Assembly: GCA_029219925.1 (NCBI GenBank)
Contig: JAQXUJ010000227.1
Coordinates: forward strand, 1 to 47,237
Length of the DNA: 47,237 nt
From: Clostridiales bacterium
GTDB lineage: Bacteria; Bacillota; Clostridia; UBA1381
Reading direction: 5' to 3'
This document shows positions 34,520 through 44,098 of the stretch, one piece after another. The position numbers were made by a program, and so were the translations under genes. The notes beneath the pieces are model-generated. The model was not told where the DNA came from. It searched no databases and saw nothing but the letters and a program-made list of their open reading frames with translations. How positions within the stretch are numbered: position 1 is the stretch's first letter; each line of letters starts with the position of its first letter.

Positions 34520-35383
34520 ATGGAAATAAGAAAGAATGAGCCTATGAAAAACCACACCTCATTTAAAATCGGCGGTAATGCAGAGGAATTTTGTGAGGTT
34601 TCCTCGGCGGAAGATGTGGTATGTCTGATTGATTATGCAAAGGAAAAAAATATTGAATATACAATCATCGGCAACGGATCAAATCTTCTGGTGGGTGATA
34701 AGGGCATTCGCGGTCTTGTGATAAAGCTTGCAAGGGGTTTTGACTCGGTTTCGGTAAGGAACGGGGAAATAACGGCTGAGAGCGGCATTTTATTGTCGAA
34801 GCTGGCGAAGGAAGCGTACCGTCATTCGCTGTCCGGTCTGGAATTTGCGTCGGGAATACCGGGTACGCTGGGTGGCGGTATTTACATGAATGCCGGAGCA
34901 TACGGCGGGGAAATGAAGGACGTTGTAACAAGCGTCACCTGCTTAGAGGACGGAAAAATTGTCACCAAGTGCGCAGACGAGCTGGATTTCGGTTACCGCA
35001 GAAGCGCCTTTACCGGCAAAAATACGGTCATACTTTCGGCGGTGCTGGCGCTTGATGAGGGGAATCCCGATGAAATAAAGGCGCAGATGGCGGATTTTAA
35101 GCAAAGGCGGATTTCAAAGCAGCCGCTTGATATGCCCAGTGCGGGCAGTACCTTCAAGCGTCCGGAGGGTTTTTTTGCCGGAAAGCTCATTGAGGACTGC
35201 GGATTAAAGGGCTTTAAAATCGGCGGCGCACAGGTTTCGGAAAAACATTCGGGATTTGTGATAAATACAGGCGGTGCTACCGCTGCCGACGTTAAAGAAC
35301 TGATAGAATATATTCAGATGAAGGTTAAAGAAAAATTTGGGGTAGAATTAAAAACGGAAGTTAAAATGCTGGGGGATTTTTAA
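34520..35383 (+). CDS. murB: UDP-N-acetylmuramate dehydrogenase
   Basis: ORF 34478..35383. Start moved to ATG 34520. NHTSFKIGG, GNGSNLLV, AGSTFKRP motifs. Confidence 0.9.
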   Translation: MEIRKNEPMKNHTSFKIGGNAEEFCEVSSAEDVVCLIDYAKEKNIEYTIIGNGSNLLVGDKGIRGLVIKLARGFDSVSVRNGEITAESGILLSKLAKEAYRHSLSGLEFASGIPGTLGGGIYMNAGAYGGEMKDVVTSVTCLEDGKIVTKCADELDFGYRRSAFTGKNTVILSAVLALDEGNPDEIKAQMADFKQRRISKQPLDMPSAGSTFKRPEGFFAGKLIEDCGLKGFKIGGAQVSEKHSGFVINTGGATAADVKELIEYIQMKVKEKFGVELKTEVKMLGDF

Positions 35384-36238
35384 ATGCAGTTTACAATAGT
35401 TACGGGCATGTCTGGCGCGGGAAAAACACAGGTTATACGATTTTTGGAGGATGCGGGATTTTTCTGTATTGATAATTTGCCGCCGGTTATTGTGCCGCAG
35501 CTTGCGGAAATGTTTATCTCCATAAACGGAAAATATGATAAGGTAGCGTTCGTTATTGATTCGCGCGTGGGCGACATGATCGGCGAGCTTCTGAAAAACC
35601 TGAATATTCTGCGTGAGAACGGCTATGACTATAAGCTGCTGTTCATAACTGCCGGTGACGAGGTGCTTGTAAAAAGGTATAAGGAAACGCGGCGTTCCCA
35701 TCCTATTCCCAGTAAGATGGGACTTTTGGACAGTATCCGAAAGGAACGCAAAATGCTGGAGAAGATTTATAATGAAGCGGACGCCGTTATAGATACATCA
35801 AATTATTCACTTGCCCAGCTGTCCAAGGCTCTGCATAAAATTTATTTTGAAGGAAAGGACTCGGAGCTTTTAATAAATGTGATGTCCTTCGGTTTCAAAT
35901 ACGGTATTCCCTTGGATGCCGACCTGGTATTCGATGTACGATGCTTTGCCAACCCATATTACGTGGACGAGCTGAAGGATAAAACGGGTAACGATAAAGA
36001 GGTTCAGGATTTTGTCCTGTCCACCAAAGCGGCGGCGGATTTTATGGACAAGCTGTGCGATATGATTCGATTTTTGATACCGCTTTATATTGAAGAAGGG
36101 AAAACCTCTCTCACAATATGCATAGGCTGTACCGGAGGAAAGCACAGAAGCGTTACCATGGCGAACAAGCTGGCGGAGGCGCTTTCTGACCACGAAACAA
36201 ATATAATTCACAGAGATATTTTAAGAGGTAAGCAGTAA
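35384..36238 (+). CDS. rapZ: RNase adapter protein RapZ (YvcJ)
   Basis: P-loop TGMSGAGKT, C-terminal CTGGKHRSV motif, 284 aa. Confidence 0.9.
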   Translation: MQFTIVTGMSGAGKTQVIRFLEDAGFFCIDNLPPVIVPQLAEMFISINGKYDKVAFVIDSRVGDMIGELLKNLNILRENGYDYKLLFITAGDEVLVKRYKETRRSHPIPSKMGLLDSIRKERKMLEKIYNEADAVIDTSNYSLAQLSKALHKIYFEGKDSELLINVMSFGFKYGIPLDADLVFDVRCFANPYYVDELKDKTGNDKEVQDFVLSTKAAADFMDKLCDMIRFLIPLYIEEGKTSLTICIGCTGGKHRSVTMANKLAEALSDHETNIIHRDILRGKQ

Positions 36239-37110
36239 TGTCTTTTACACAGAATATCAAGGCTCAGCTTGCACGGCAGGAAAACGGCTGCGGCTTTTGC
36301 GATATTGCCGAGCTTTCGTCCGTTGTGAAGCTTTGTACGGGCTATACCGCCCGAGAAATTGTTATTTCCACCGAAAATGAGGATGTGGCGTACAGAATAC
36401 AGTATTTGTTTGAACGGGTTTTTTCTCGGCGTATCGAGTATATAAACCGAAACGGAATTTTCAGATTCTATCCCGGAGCGGATTTTTTCATGAAGGAAAT
36501 GGCGCCGAAGCTTATGCTTTACAATTCGGGGAAAAGCAATATAACGCCAAGACCGTGCTGCCGTGCCGCATATGTACGCGGCGCATTTCTCGGCGGCGGT
36601 TCGGTGAGCGACCCTAAAGTGCGCTATCATATGGAATTCGATACAAGGCATGAAAGCTATGCAAATCAGCTTTGCGGCGTACTGGCGAAAATGGGTATCG
36701 GCTCAAAAATCACACGGCGCAAGGGACGCTTTATTGTGTATATAAAGGAATATGAAGTAATTGCCGATATTCTGGGAACCATAGGGGCTGTCAGTGCGGC
36801 AATGGAGCTTTATAACATATCCATAGAGAAGGACATAAGGAACACGGCAAACAGGCAGGCGAACTGCGAGGTTGCCAATATTGAAAAAACTACAAAGACC
36901 GCCTCGCTGCAAATTGAGGCAATACGTAAAATTGAAAGGCACATGGCGCTTTCGGAGCTGCCGGAAACTCTTTCGGAAATAGCCGAGGTCAGACTGAAAT
37001 ATCCCGAAGAAAGCCTGAAGGAGCTGGGAGAAAGACTGTCGCCGCCGCTGGGAAAGTCGGGCGTTAATCACCGGCTTAAACGTATCATGAAAATTGCAGA
37101 GGGACTTTAA
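36238..37110 (+). CDS. whiA: DNA-binding sporulation/cell-division regulator WhiA
   Basis: LAGLIDADG-derived core (AAYVRGAFLGGGSVSDP, YHMEF) and C-terminal HTH (SLKELGERLSPPLGKSGVNHRLKRI). Confidence 0.9.
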   Translation: MSFTQNIKAQLARQENGCGFCDIAELSSVVKLCTGYTAREIVISTENEDVAYRIQYLFERVFSRRIEYINRNGIFRFYPGADFFMKEMAPKLMLYNSGKSNITPRPCCRAAYVRGAFLGGGSVSDPKVRYHMEFDTRHESYANQLCGVLAKMGIGSKITRRKGRFIVYIKEYEVIADILGTIGAVSAAMELYNISIEKDIRNTANRQANCEVANIEKTTKTASLQIEAIRKIERHMALSELPETLSEIAEVRLKYPEESLKELGERLSPPLGKSGVNHRLKRIMKIAEGL

Positions 37111-37125
37111 GGAGGAAACTGCCTA

Positions 37126-40100
37126 ATGAGGTTTGCACATTTACATACGCATACCGAGTTCAGTCTTTTGGACGGCGCGTCAAGCGTAAAGAAGATTATT
37201 TCGCGCGTAAAGGAGCTGGGCATGGACAGCTGTGCAATAACCGACCATGGCGCAATGTACGGTGTTGTGCAGTTTTATAAGGAGGCTTTGGCACAGGGAA
37301 TTAAGCCGATTATCGGCTGTGAGGTGTATGTTGCGCCCAGGAGCCGTTTCGACAAGGTATACGAGTACGATTCCAAGTACAGTCACCTTATTTTGCTGTG
37401 CGAAAATTACGAGGGCTACAAAAATCTTTCATATATAGTAACAAAAGGCTTTACCGAGGGCTTTTATTATAAGCCTCGTATTGATTTTGAGCTGCTGTCG
37501 GCGCATCACGAGGGATTAATCGCATTGTCGGCGTGTCTTGCCGGTGAGATACCAAAGGCGCTTGCCGCCGACGATTATGAGGGCGCAAAGGCAATAGGCG
37601 AAAGATATGTAAAGCTTTTCGGCAGGGACAATTATTTTATCGAATTGCAGGATCATTCCATTGCGGAGCAGAAGCGTATAAATCCGCTTCTTGTTAAGCT
37701 GGCGAAGGAATTAGGCGTTGGACTTGTGGCAACCAACGATATTCATTACGCATATAAGGAGGACGCAAAATATCAGGACGTCCTTATGTGTATTCAGATG
37801 CAGAAAACCGTGGATGACGAGGACCGCATGAAGTTTGAAACGGAGGAATTTTATATAAAATCCCCGGAGCAGATGGCGGAGCTGTTCCCTTATGCGCCGG
37901 AGGCTATTGAAAATACCGCAAAAATTGCCGACCGCTGTAATATGGAATTTGATTTTAATACCAGACATCTGCCCAGCTATGATGTTCCGGACGGCAAAAC
38001 GGCGTGGGAATATCTGAATGAGCTGTGCCGCGACGGATTAAAAAAACGGTACGGCAATGTAACGGAGGAGATTGAAAACCGTCTTGATTATGAGCTGTCC
38101 GTCATAAAAAACATGGGATTTGTGGATTATTTCCTTATTGTATGGGATTTTATCCATTATGCCAAGAGCCACGGCGTGGGAGTAGGCCCGGGAAGAGGCA
38201 GTGCTGCCGGAAGTATTGTAAGCTATACTCTCGAAATCACCGACGTTGACCCAATAAAATACAATCTGATTTTTGAACGTTTTTTAAATCCGGAGCGTGT
38301 GTCCATGCCGGATATTGACGTGGATTTTGCACCGGAGGGACGTCAGAAGGTTATTGATTACGTTGTGAGAAAATACGGCGAGGCGAATGTGGCGCAGATT
38401 ATAACCTTCGGAACCATGAAGGCGAAGCTGGCGATACGGGATGTGGGCAGAGCTCTGAATATTTCCTATGCCGAAACCGATAAGGTGGCAAAGCTTGTGC
38501 CGAATGACCTGAATATTACCATAGACAGGGCTCTTGAGGTGTCGAAGGAGCTGGCGGCGCTATATAAATCCGACCCGAAAATAACAAAGCTGATTGATAC
38601 GTCAAGGGCGCTTGAGGGACTTGCCCGCCATTCCGGAACCCATGCGGCGGGTGTTGTGATTTGTAAGGAGCCTATTGTCAATTATATGCCCCTTCAGACG
38701 AACGACGATGTTCTGACCACCCAGTTTGTAAAGGATACTGTCGAGGAGCTGGGACTTTTAAAGATGGACTTTCTGGGTCTTCGCAACCTGACGGTAATTA
38801 ACAATGCTGTAAAAATAATTAAAAAAACAAGGGGTATAAAGCTGGATATGTCGTCCCTTGACTATGACGTTAAGGAAGTCTACGACATGATTTCCACGGG
38901 AAACACCGACGGTGTGTTTCAGATAGAAAGCGCAGGCATGAAATCCTTTATGCAGGAATTGAAACCCAGCTGTCTTGAGGATATTATCGCCGGAATTGCC
39001 CTGTATCGTCCCGGACCGATGGATTCCATTCCGAGGTATATTTATAATAAAAATCATCCGGACGAGGTAAGCTATAAGCATCCTATTCTTGCGGATATTC
39101 TGGACGTAACCTACGGATGTATCGTGTATCAGGAGCAGGTGCTTGAAATTGTGCGTTCAATGGCAGGATATTCTCTGGGTAGCGCCGACATGCTCCGCCG
39201 TGTGATTTCAAAAAAGAAAGCCGATAAAATGGCGGTTGAAAGACAGAATTTCATCTATGGAAAGCAGGATGCGGACGGAAATTGGATTATCGACGGCTGT
39301 GTTCGGCGAGGGATAGATGAAAAGGTCGCTATAGACATTTTTAACGAAATCAACGAATTTGCAAACTATGCCTTTAACAAATCCCACGCGGCGGCATATG
39401 CCTTCATAACCTATCATACGGCGTATTTAAAGACATTTTATCCGGTGGAATATATGGCTTCGCTTATTTCCAGCGTAGAGGATACCGATAAGATAAACGC
39501 ATATTTGATGAATTGTAAATCTCTGGGCATATCCAAGCTGCCGCCGGATATAAATAAAAGCGAGGACAGCTTTACGGTGGAAGGCATGGGAATTCGGTTT
39601 GGACTTACAGCGGTAAAAAACGTCGGACGCAGCTTTATTGCGGGAGTGGTTGAAGAGCGCAGCCGCGGCGGTAAATTTAAAAGCTTTGCCGATTTTGCGC
39701 ACCGTATGGCGGACAAGGATATGAATAAGCGTGCCGTTGAAGGATTGATTAAGTGCGGAGCCTTTGATTCTCTGGGCGCTAAGCGCTCTCAGCTGCTTAC
39801 GGTGTTTGAAGGGGTGCTTGAAAGCGAGGCGTCTGCAAAAAAATCAAATATTTCCGGACAGATGTCGCTTTTCGGCGATGAAGCCACGGAGGAGGAAGCT
39901 ATTGACCTTCCCGAAATGGAGGAATATCCGAAATCCAAGCTGCTGGCTATGGAAAAGGAAAGTGCGGGAATGTATTTTTCAGGTCACCCTATGGAGGAAT
40001 ACGCCGAAAAGGCGCATAAACTCACCAAGGTAAATATCGGAACGGTAATGTCCTCTTTTGAACCGAATGAAAACGGCGGCTTCGGCGGACAGGGAGAAAT

Positions 40101-40635
40101 TAAGGATAATGATGTCATAAAGCTGTGCGGAATTGTAACCCAAAGAAAAAATAAAATTACGAAAAATAATTCGCAGATGGCTTTTTTGCAGATAGAGGAT
40201 CTGTACGGAAGTATGGAAATAATTGTATTCCCCAAGATTCTTACGGAATATAACGGCGTGCTTTCGGAAGGGAACGCGGTGTTGATTGAGGGCAGGGTCA
40301 GCGTACGTGAAGATGAAGAGCCAAAGCTGCTGTGCGAAAAAGCGGCGCTTTTAGACAGTATAAAAGAACCTAAGTCGGAGGAAACTACAAATACTGCAGA
40401 AAAAACAAAAAATAAGCACGTTCTGTATATAAAGATGGGAACCTATGATGAACTGGTGCTGAAAACGGCGGTAAAAGTTATGGAAACAGGCAAGGGAAAT
40501 ACGCCGGTATGCTTTTTTATAGCCGACTGCAAGAAAAAAATATTTGCGCCGGAGGAATGCTGGATTGACAAAAACAGCGGTGTTATTGACCGCCTTTTCG
40601 GTATTTTCGGAGAAAAAAATGTAAAATTTGGATAA
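37126..40635 (+). CDS. dnaE: DNA polymerase III subunit alpha (DnaE type)
   Basis: N-terminal PHP motif FAHLHTHTEFSLLDGA, palm PDIDVDF, fingers, and OB-fold region near the C-terminus. 1169 aa. Confidence 0.95.
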   Translation: MRFAHLHTHTEFSLLDGASSVKKIISRVKELGMDSCAITDHGAMYGVVQFYKEALAQGIKPIIGCEVYVAPRSRFDKVYEYDSKYSHLILLCENYEGYKNLSYIVTKGFTEGFYYKPRIDFELLSAHHEGLIALSACLAGEIPKALAADDYEGAKAIGERYVKLFGRDNYFIELQDHSIAEQKRINPLLVKLAKELGVGLVATNDIHYAYKEDAKYQDVLMCIQMQKTVDDEDRMKFETEEFYIKSPEQMAELFPYAPEAIENTAKIADRCNMEFDFNTRHLPSYDVPDGKTAWEYLNELCRDGLKKRYGNVTEEIENRLDYELSVIKNMGFVDYFLIVWDFIHYAKSHGVGVGPGRGSAAGSIVSYTLEITDVDPIKYNLIFERFLNPERVSMPDIDVDFAPEGRQKVIDYVVRKYGEANVAQIITFGTMKAKLAIRDVGRALNISYAETDKVAKLVPNDLNITIDRALEVSKELAALYKSDPKITKLIDTSRALEGLARHSGTHAAGVVICKEPIVNYMPLQTNDDVLTTQFVKDTVEELGLLKMDFLGLRNLTVINNAVKIIKKTRGIKLDMSSLDYDVKEVYDMISTGNTDGVFQIESAGMKSFMQELKPSCLEDIIAGIALYRPGPMDSIPRYIYNKNHPDEVSYKHPILADILDVTYGCIVYQEQVLEIVRSMAGYSLGSADMLRRVISKKKADKMAVERQNFIYGKQDADGNWIIDGCVRRGIDEKVAIDIFNEINEFANYAFNKSHAAAYAFITYHTAYLKTFYPVEYMASLISSVEDTDKINAYLMNCKSLGISKLPPDINKSEDSFTVEGMGIRFGLTAVKNVGRSFIAGVVEERSRGGKFKSFADFAHRMADKDMNKRAVEGLIKCGAFDSLGAKRSQLLTVFEGVLESEASAKKSNISGQMSLFGDEATEEEAIDLPEMEEYPKSKLLAMEKESAGMYFSGHPMEEYAEKAHKLTKVNIGTVMSSFEPNENGGFGGQGEIKDNDVIKLCGIVTQRKNKITKNNSQMAFLQIEDLYGSMEIIVFPKILTEYNGVLSEGNAVLIEGRVSVREDEEPKLLCEKAALLDSIKEPKSEETTNTAEKTKNKHVLYIKMGTYDELVLKTAVKVMETGKGNTPVCFFIADCKKKIFAPEECWIDKNSGVIDRLFGIFGEKNVKFG

Positions 40636-40650
40636 AAATAAAAAATCCTA

Positions 40651-40679
40651 TTGAAATTTATGTAAAAATGAGGTAAAAT
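40651..40679 (+). promoter_or_regulatory. sigma-A promoter of mtrB
   Basis: TTGAAA (40651-40656), 17-nt spacer, TAAAAT (40674-40679). Confidence 0.55.
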
Positions 40680-40704
40680 ACTGTCTTATAGAGGAGTTGA
40701 GATT

Positions 40705-40941
40705 ATGATAGAAGAAGATGAGATTTTAAATGACTACATTGTCGTGAAGGCGTTGGAGGACGGCGTTAATATTATGGGACTGACAAGAGGACAGAATACG
40801 CGGTTTCACCATACCGAAAAGCTGGATTGCGGCGAGGTTTATGTCGCACAATTTACTCAGACCACATCTGCAATAAAAATAAACGGCAGGGCGGAAATTC
40901 TGACAAAGCACGGCAAGGTTGTTTCAGGAAAAACGGAGTAA
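40705..40941 (+). CDS. mtrB: trp RNA-binding attenuation protein (TRAP)
   Basis: 78 aa. YIVVKALEDGVNIMGLTRGQNTRFHHTEKLDCGEVYVAQFTQTTSAIKINGRAEI aligns along its whole length with B. subtilis MtrB as I remember it. Confidence 0.85.
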   Translation: MIEEDEILNDYIVVKALEDGVNIMGLTRGQNTRFHHTEKLDCGEVYVAQFTQTTSAIKINGRAEILTKHGKVVSGKTE

Positions 40942-40944
40942 AAT

Positions 40945-41121
40945 ATGTGGACGTCTGTGTATATGTCAAAAGATAAAAAGGATGTATCTTTACTTAGGAA
41001 GGCACTTAAGGACAATAGCATTATTTCAATGATAAGAAAACGTGACGATTATTTTGAAATACTTGTGCCGTCGCAGGAGATTGCTTCTGCGCATAGCGTA
41101 ATTATTGATACGGAAATATGA
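40945..41121 (+). CDS. 58-aa protein, DUF2007-like (not in the supplied ORF track)
   Basis: ATG 40945 lies 6 nt after GGAG and 3 nt after the mtrB stop. Hand translation: MWTSVYMSKDKKDVSLLRKALKDNSIISMIRKRDDYFEILVPSQEIASAHSVIIDTEI, TGA at 41119-41121. The pattern resembles the small DUF2007 fold. Confidence 0.45.
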   Translation: MWTSVYMSKDKKDVSLLRKALKDNSIISMIRKRDDYFEILVPSQEIASAHSVIIDTEI

Positions 41122-41140
41122 TATGGAAGAAGGATTGAAA

Positions 41141-42115
41141 ATGGGAAAGAAATTTAAAAAGATAGGCGTGCTGACCAGCGGCGGCGACGCCCCGGGCATG
41201 AATGCGGCAATACGCGCCGTTGTAAGATGCGGTATATATAACGGTCTTGAGGTTTACGGAATTAAGAAGGGCTACAACGGACTGTTAAACGGCGATATGG
41301 AGCTGATGGACGCAAGAAGCGTCGGTGAAATCCTGCAAAAGGGCGGAACGATACTTCAAACCGCTCGGTGCCTTGAATTTAAGGAAGAGGCAGGGGTTAA
41401 AAAGGCTGTTGCCACGGCGGAGAAATTTGGCTTGGACGGTCTTGTGGTAATCGGCGGCGACGGCTCCTTCCGGGGAGCGAGAGATTTGTGCCGTCACGGA
41501 CTGCCCACGATTGCGATGCCGGGTACAATTGATAATGACATTGACTGCAGTGAATACACAGTAGGATATGATACCTGCCTGAACACGGTTATCGGCGCGG
41601 TTGATAAGCTTCGCGATACCTCATCAAGCCATGAAAGATGCTCTGTTGTTGAGGTTATGGGCCGAGGCGCAGGCTACATTGCGGTAGAGGCGGGAATCGC
41701 ATGCGGCGCAGAAGTCGTACTTGTGCCGGAATATAAGTTTGATTTTGAAAAGGACGTTATTTCGGTTATTAAGGACGGAATTTCAAGAGGCAAAAAGCAT
41801 TGTATCGTTATTGTTGCCGAGGGCGTAGGCGGAGCGGCTGAAATTGCAAAGAAAATTCAGGAGGAAACGGGTATGGAATCCCGTGCAACAATCCTCGGTC
41901 ACATTCAGCGCGGCGGCTCACCCAGCGTTAAGGACAGAGTGGTTGCAAGCAGAATGGGCGAGCGTTGCGTAGACCTGATTCTTGCCGGTAAGGAAAACAG
42001 AATTGTATGTGTTGAAAACGGTGAGATTACCGATGTTGATATTGAGGAAGGACTGGCAATGGATAAAAAGCTGCCGGAGGACCTGGTTGCTCTGATTGGT
42101 AAATTATCGGTATGA
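41141..42115 (+). CDS. pfkA: ATP-dependent 6-phosphofructokinase
   Basis: ORF 41105..42115. Start moved to ATG 41141 (MGKKFKKIGVLTSGGDAPGMNAAIR). GGDGS, PGTIDND, MGR motifs. Confidence 0.95.
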   Translation: MGKKFKKIGVLTSGGDAPGMNAAIRAVVRCGIYNGLEVYGIKKGYNGLLNGDMELMDARSVGEILQKGGTILQTARCLEFKEEAGVKKAVATAEKFGLDGLVVIGGDGSFRGARDLCRHGLPTIAMPGTIDNDIDCSEYTVGYDTCLNTVIGAVDKLRDTSSSHERCSVVEVMGRGAGYIAVEAGIACGAEVVLVPEYKFDFEKDVISVIKDGISRGKKHCIVIVAEGVGGAAEIAKKIQEETGMESRATILGHIQRGGSPSVKDRVVASRMGERCVDLILAGKENRIVCVENGEITDVDIEEGLAMDKKLPEDLVALIGKLSV

Positions 42116-42118
42116 GTG

Positions 42119-42151
42119 AATAAGTGTTGGGACCCCTCAACACTTATTTAG
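42119..42151 (+). terminator. hairpin after pfkA (weak T-tract)
   Basis: 11-bp stem AATAAGTGTTG / CAACACTTATT with an 8-nt loop, followed only by TTTA. Confidence 0.5.
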
Positions 42152-42173
42152 TATGAAATCAAAAGGTGATTTT

Positions 42174-43115
42174 ATGGATAAATATATGCCTGTAAAGCTG
42201 TCGCCCGCCTTTAAGGATTATCTTTGGGGAGGAACACGGCTAAAGGAGGAGTACAATAAAAAAACCGACATGCAGCCTCTTGCGGAAAGCTGGGAGCTGT
42301 CCTGTCATAAGGACGGCGAAAGCAGAATTGCGGGCGGATGCCGGGACGGGAAAACACTATCGGAGTATATTGAATACTGCGGCAGGGATATACTCGGAAA
42401 AAATGCGGAAAGGTTTGATTATTTCCCTGTTCTGATTAAGCTTATAGACGCAAAAACCGATCTTTCGGTACAGGTGCATCCGGATGATGAATACGCTCTT
42501 GAAAATGAGGGCGAATACGGGAAAACCGAGATGTGGTACGTGCTGGAGGCTGACCCGGGGGCGCATCTTTATTATGGCTTTAACCGTGACGTAACCCGCA
42601 GGGAATTTGCAGAGAAGATAAAAAACAACACCATCACCGAGGTTTTGAACAGGGTGAATGTAAAAAAAGGCGATGTTTTTTTCATTGGCGCGGGAACTCT
42701 CCACGCTATATGCGGCGGAATTGTGATTTGTGAAATTCAGCAGAATTCCAATACTACCTACAGGGTGTACGACTATGACCGGCGGGACAAAAACGGAAAA
42801 ACACGTCCACTGCATATTGAAAAGGCACTGGAGGTTACAAACCTTAATAAAGCGCCTGAAATCAAAAAGCCGTCAGGAGATGTTTTGGCGGAATGTAAGT
42901 ATTTCAGGGTATCGCATATGACGGTTTCAGGAAGGTCAAGGCTTTTAATGGGGGAGGATTCCTTCGCCGGTGTAATTGTTGCCGAAGGAAACGGAAAAAT
43001 GCTGTATAACGGACAGGAGCTATCGCTTTTGAAGGGTGACAGCTATTTTGTCCCGGCTCAGAATAACAGCATTGATATTGAAGGAAGCTGTGAATTGATA
43101 ATAACAAAAATTTAG
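42174..43115 (+). CDS. manA: class I mannose-6-phosphate isomerase
   Basis: ORF 42153..43115. Start moved to ATG 42174. DYLWGG, SVQVHPDD, EMWYVL, and HA..G cupin metal motifs. Confidence 0.85.
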   Translation: MDKYMPVKLSPAFKDYLWGGTRLKEEYNKKTDMQPLAESWELSCHKDGESRIAGGCRDGKTLSEYIEYCGRDILGKNAERFDYFPVLIKLIDAKTDLSVQVHPDDEYALENEGEYGKTEMWYVLEADPGAHLYYGFNRDVTRREFAEKIKNNTITEVLNRVNVKKGDVFFIGAGTLHAICGGIVICEIQQNSNTTYRVYDYDRRDKNGKTRPLHIEKALEVTNLNKAPEIKKPSGDVLAECKYFRVSHMTVSGRSRLLMGEDSFAGVIVAEGNGKMLYNGQELSLLKGDSYFVPAQNNSIDIEGSCELIITKI

Positions 43116-43127
43116 GAGGAAAAATAT

Positions 43128-44072
43128 ATGTTTTATGTGGGGATTGATTTGGGCGGAACTAATATTGCTGTAGGTCTTGTGGACGAAGGCGGAAAAATTC
43201 TGGCGGATATGTCGGTTCCGACCATGGCGGAGCGGGATTATACCGAGATTGTTAAGGATATGGCGGAGGTTTCAAAAAAGGTGATTGAAAAGGCGGGAGT
43301 ATCGGTTGATGATGTTGCCGGCGTAGGCATCGGATGTCCCGGCGCAATTGATAACGCAGGCGGTATTTGTACCTATTCAAATAATCTGCACATGGATAAG
43401 GCACAGATTGCAATGGAGTTCAGAAAACATCTTGACCTTCCGGTTAATCTTGAAAACGACGCAAATGCGGCAGCTCTGGGAGAATATGAAATCAACGGAA
43501 ACGGTGTCAAAAGCTTTGTGTTCATAACGCTGGGAACAGGAGTCGGCGGAGGAGTTGTCCTTGACGGAAAAATTTACCGCGGCTTTAACGGCGTGGGCGC
43601 AGAGCTGGGACATATGGTCATAGAGCAGGACGGCGAGATGTGCAGCTGCGGACGCCGTGGATGCTGGGAAGCATATGCTTCGGTTTCGGCGCTTATCAGA
43701 ATGACCAAAGAGTCTATGGAGAAAAATCCCGGGAGTCTTATGCATGAAGAAGCGGAAAAAGAGGGTAAAGTAAGCGGAATGACTGCATTTGTTGCCGCTA
43801 AAAAGGGCGATGAAGCCGGAAAAGCCGTTGTTGAAAAATATTTTGAGTATATCGGTGTGGGACTTACAAATATTGTGAATATTTTCCAGCCGGAAAAGAT
43901 AGTTATAGGCGGAAGCATTTCAAAAGAGGGCGATTATTTGCTGAAGCCGGTACAGAAGTATGTTGAAGAGCATGACTATAACAGGTATATGGAGAAGGCA
44001 AAGATTGAAATTGCGACCTTGTTCGGAGATGCGGGAATAATCGGAGCGGCTCTTTCCGCAAAGGAAAGATAA
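43128..44072 (+). CDS. glcK: ROK-family glucokinase
   Basis: GIDLGGTNIAVGLVD ATP motif, ROK zinc motif CSCGRRGCWEAY, 314 aa. Confidence 0.85.
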   Translation: MFYVGIDLGGTNIAVGLVDEGGKILADMSVPTMAERDYTEIVKDMAEVSKKVIEKAGVSVDDVAGVGIGCPGAIDNAGGICTYSNNLHMDKAQIAMEFRKHLDLPVNLENDANAAALGEYEINGNGVKSFVFITLGTGVGGGVVLDGKIYRGFNGVGAELGHMVIEQDGEMCSCGRRGCWEAYASVSALIRMTKESMEKNPGSLMHEEAEKEGKVSGMTAFVAAKKGDEAGKAVVEKYFEYIGVGLTNIVNIFQPEKIVIGGSISKEGDYLLKPVQKYVEEHDYNRYMEKAKIEIATLFGDAGIIGAALSAKER

Positions 44073-44098
44073 TCCACTGTTTTGAGGGTATCGGTAAT

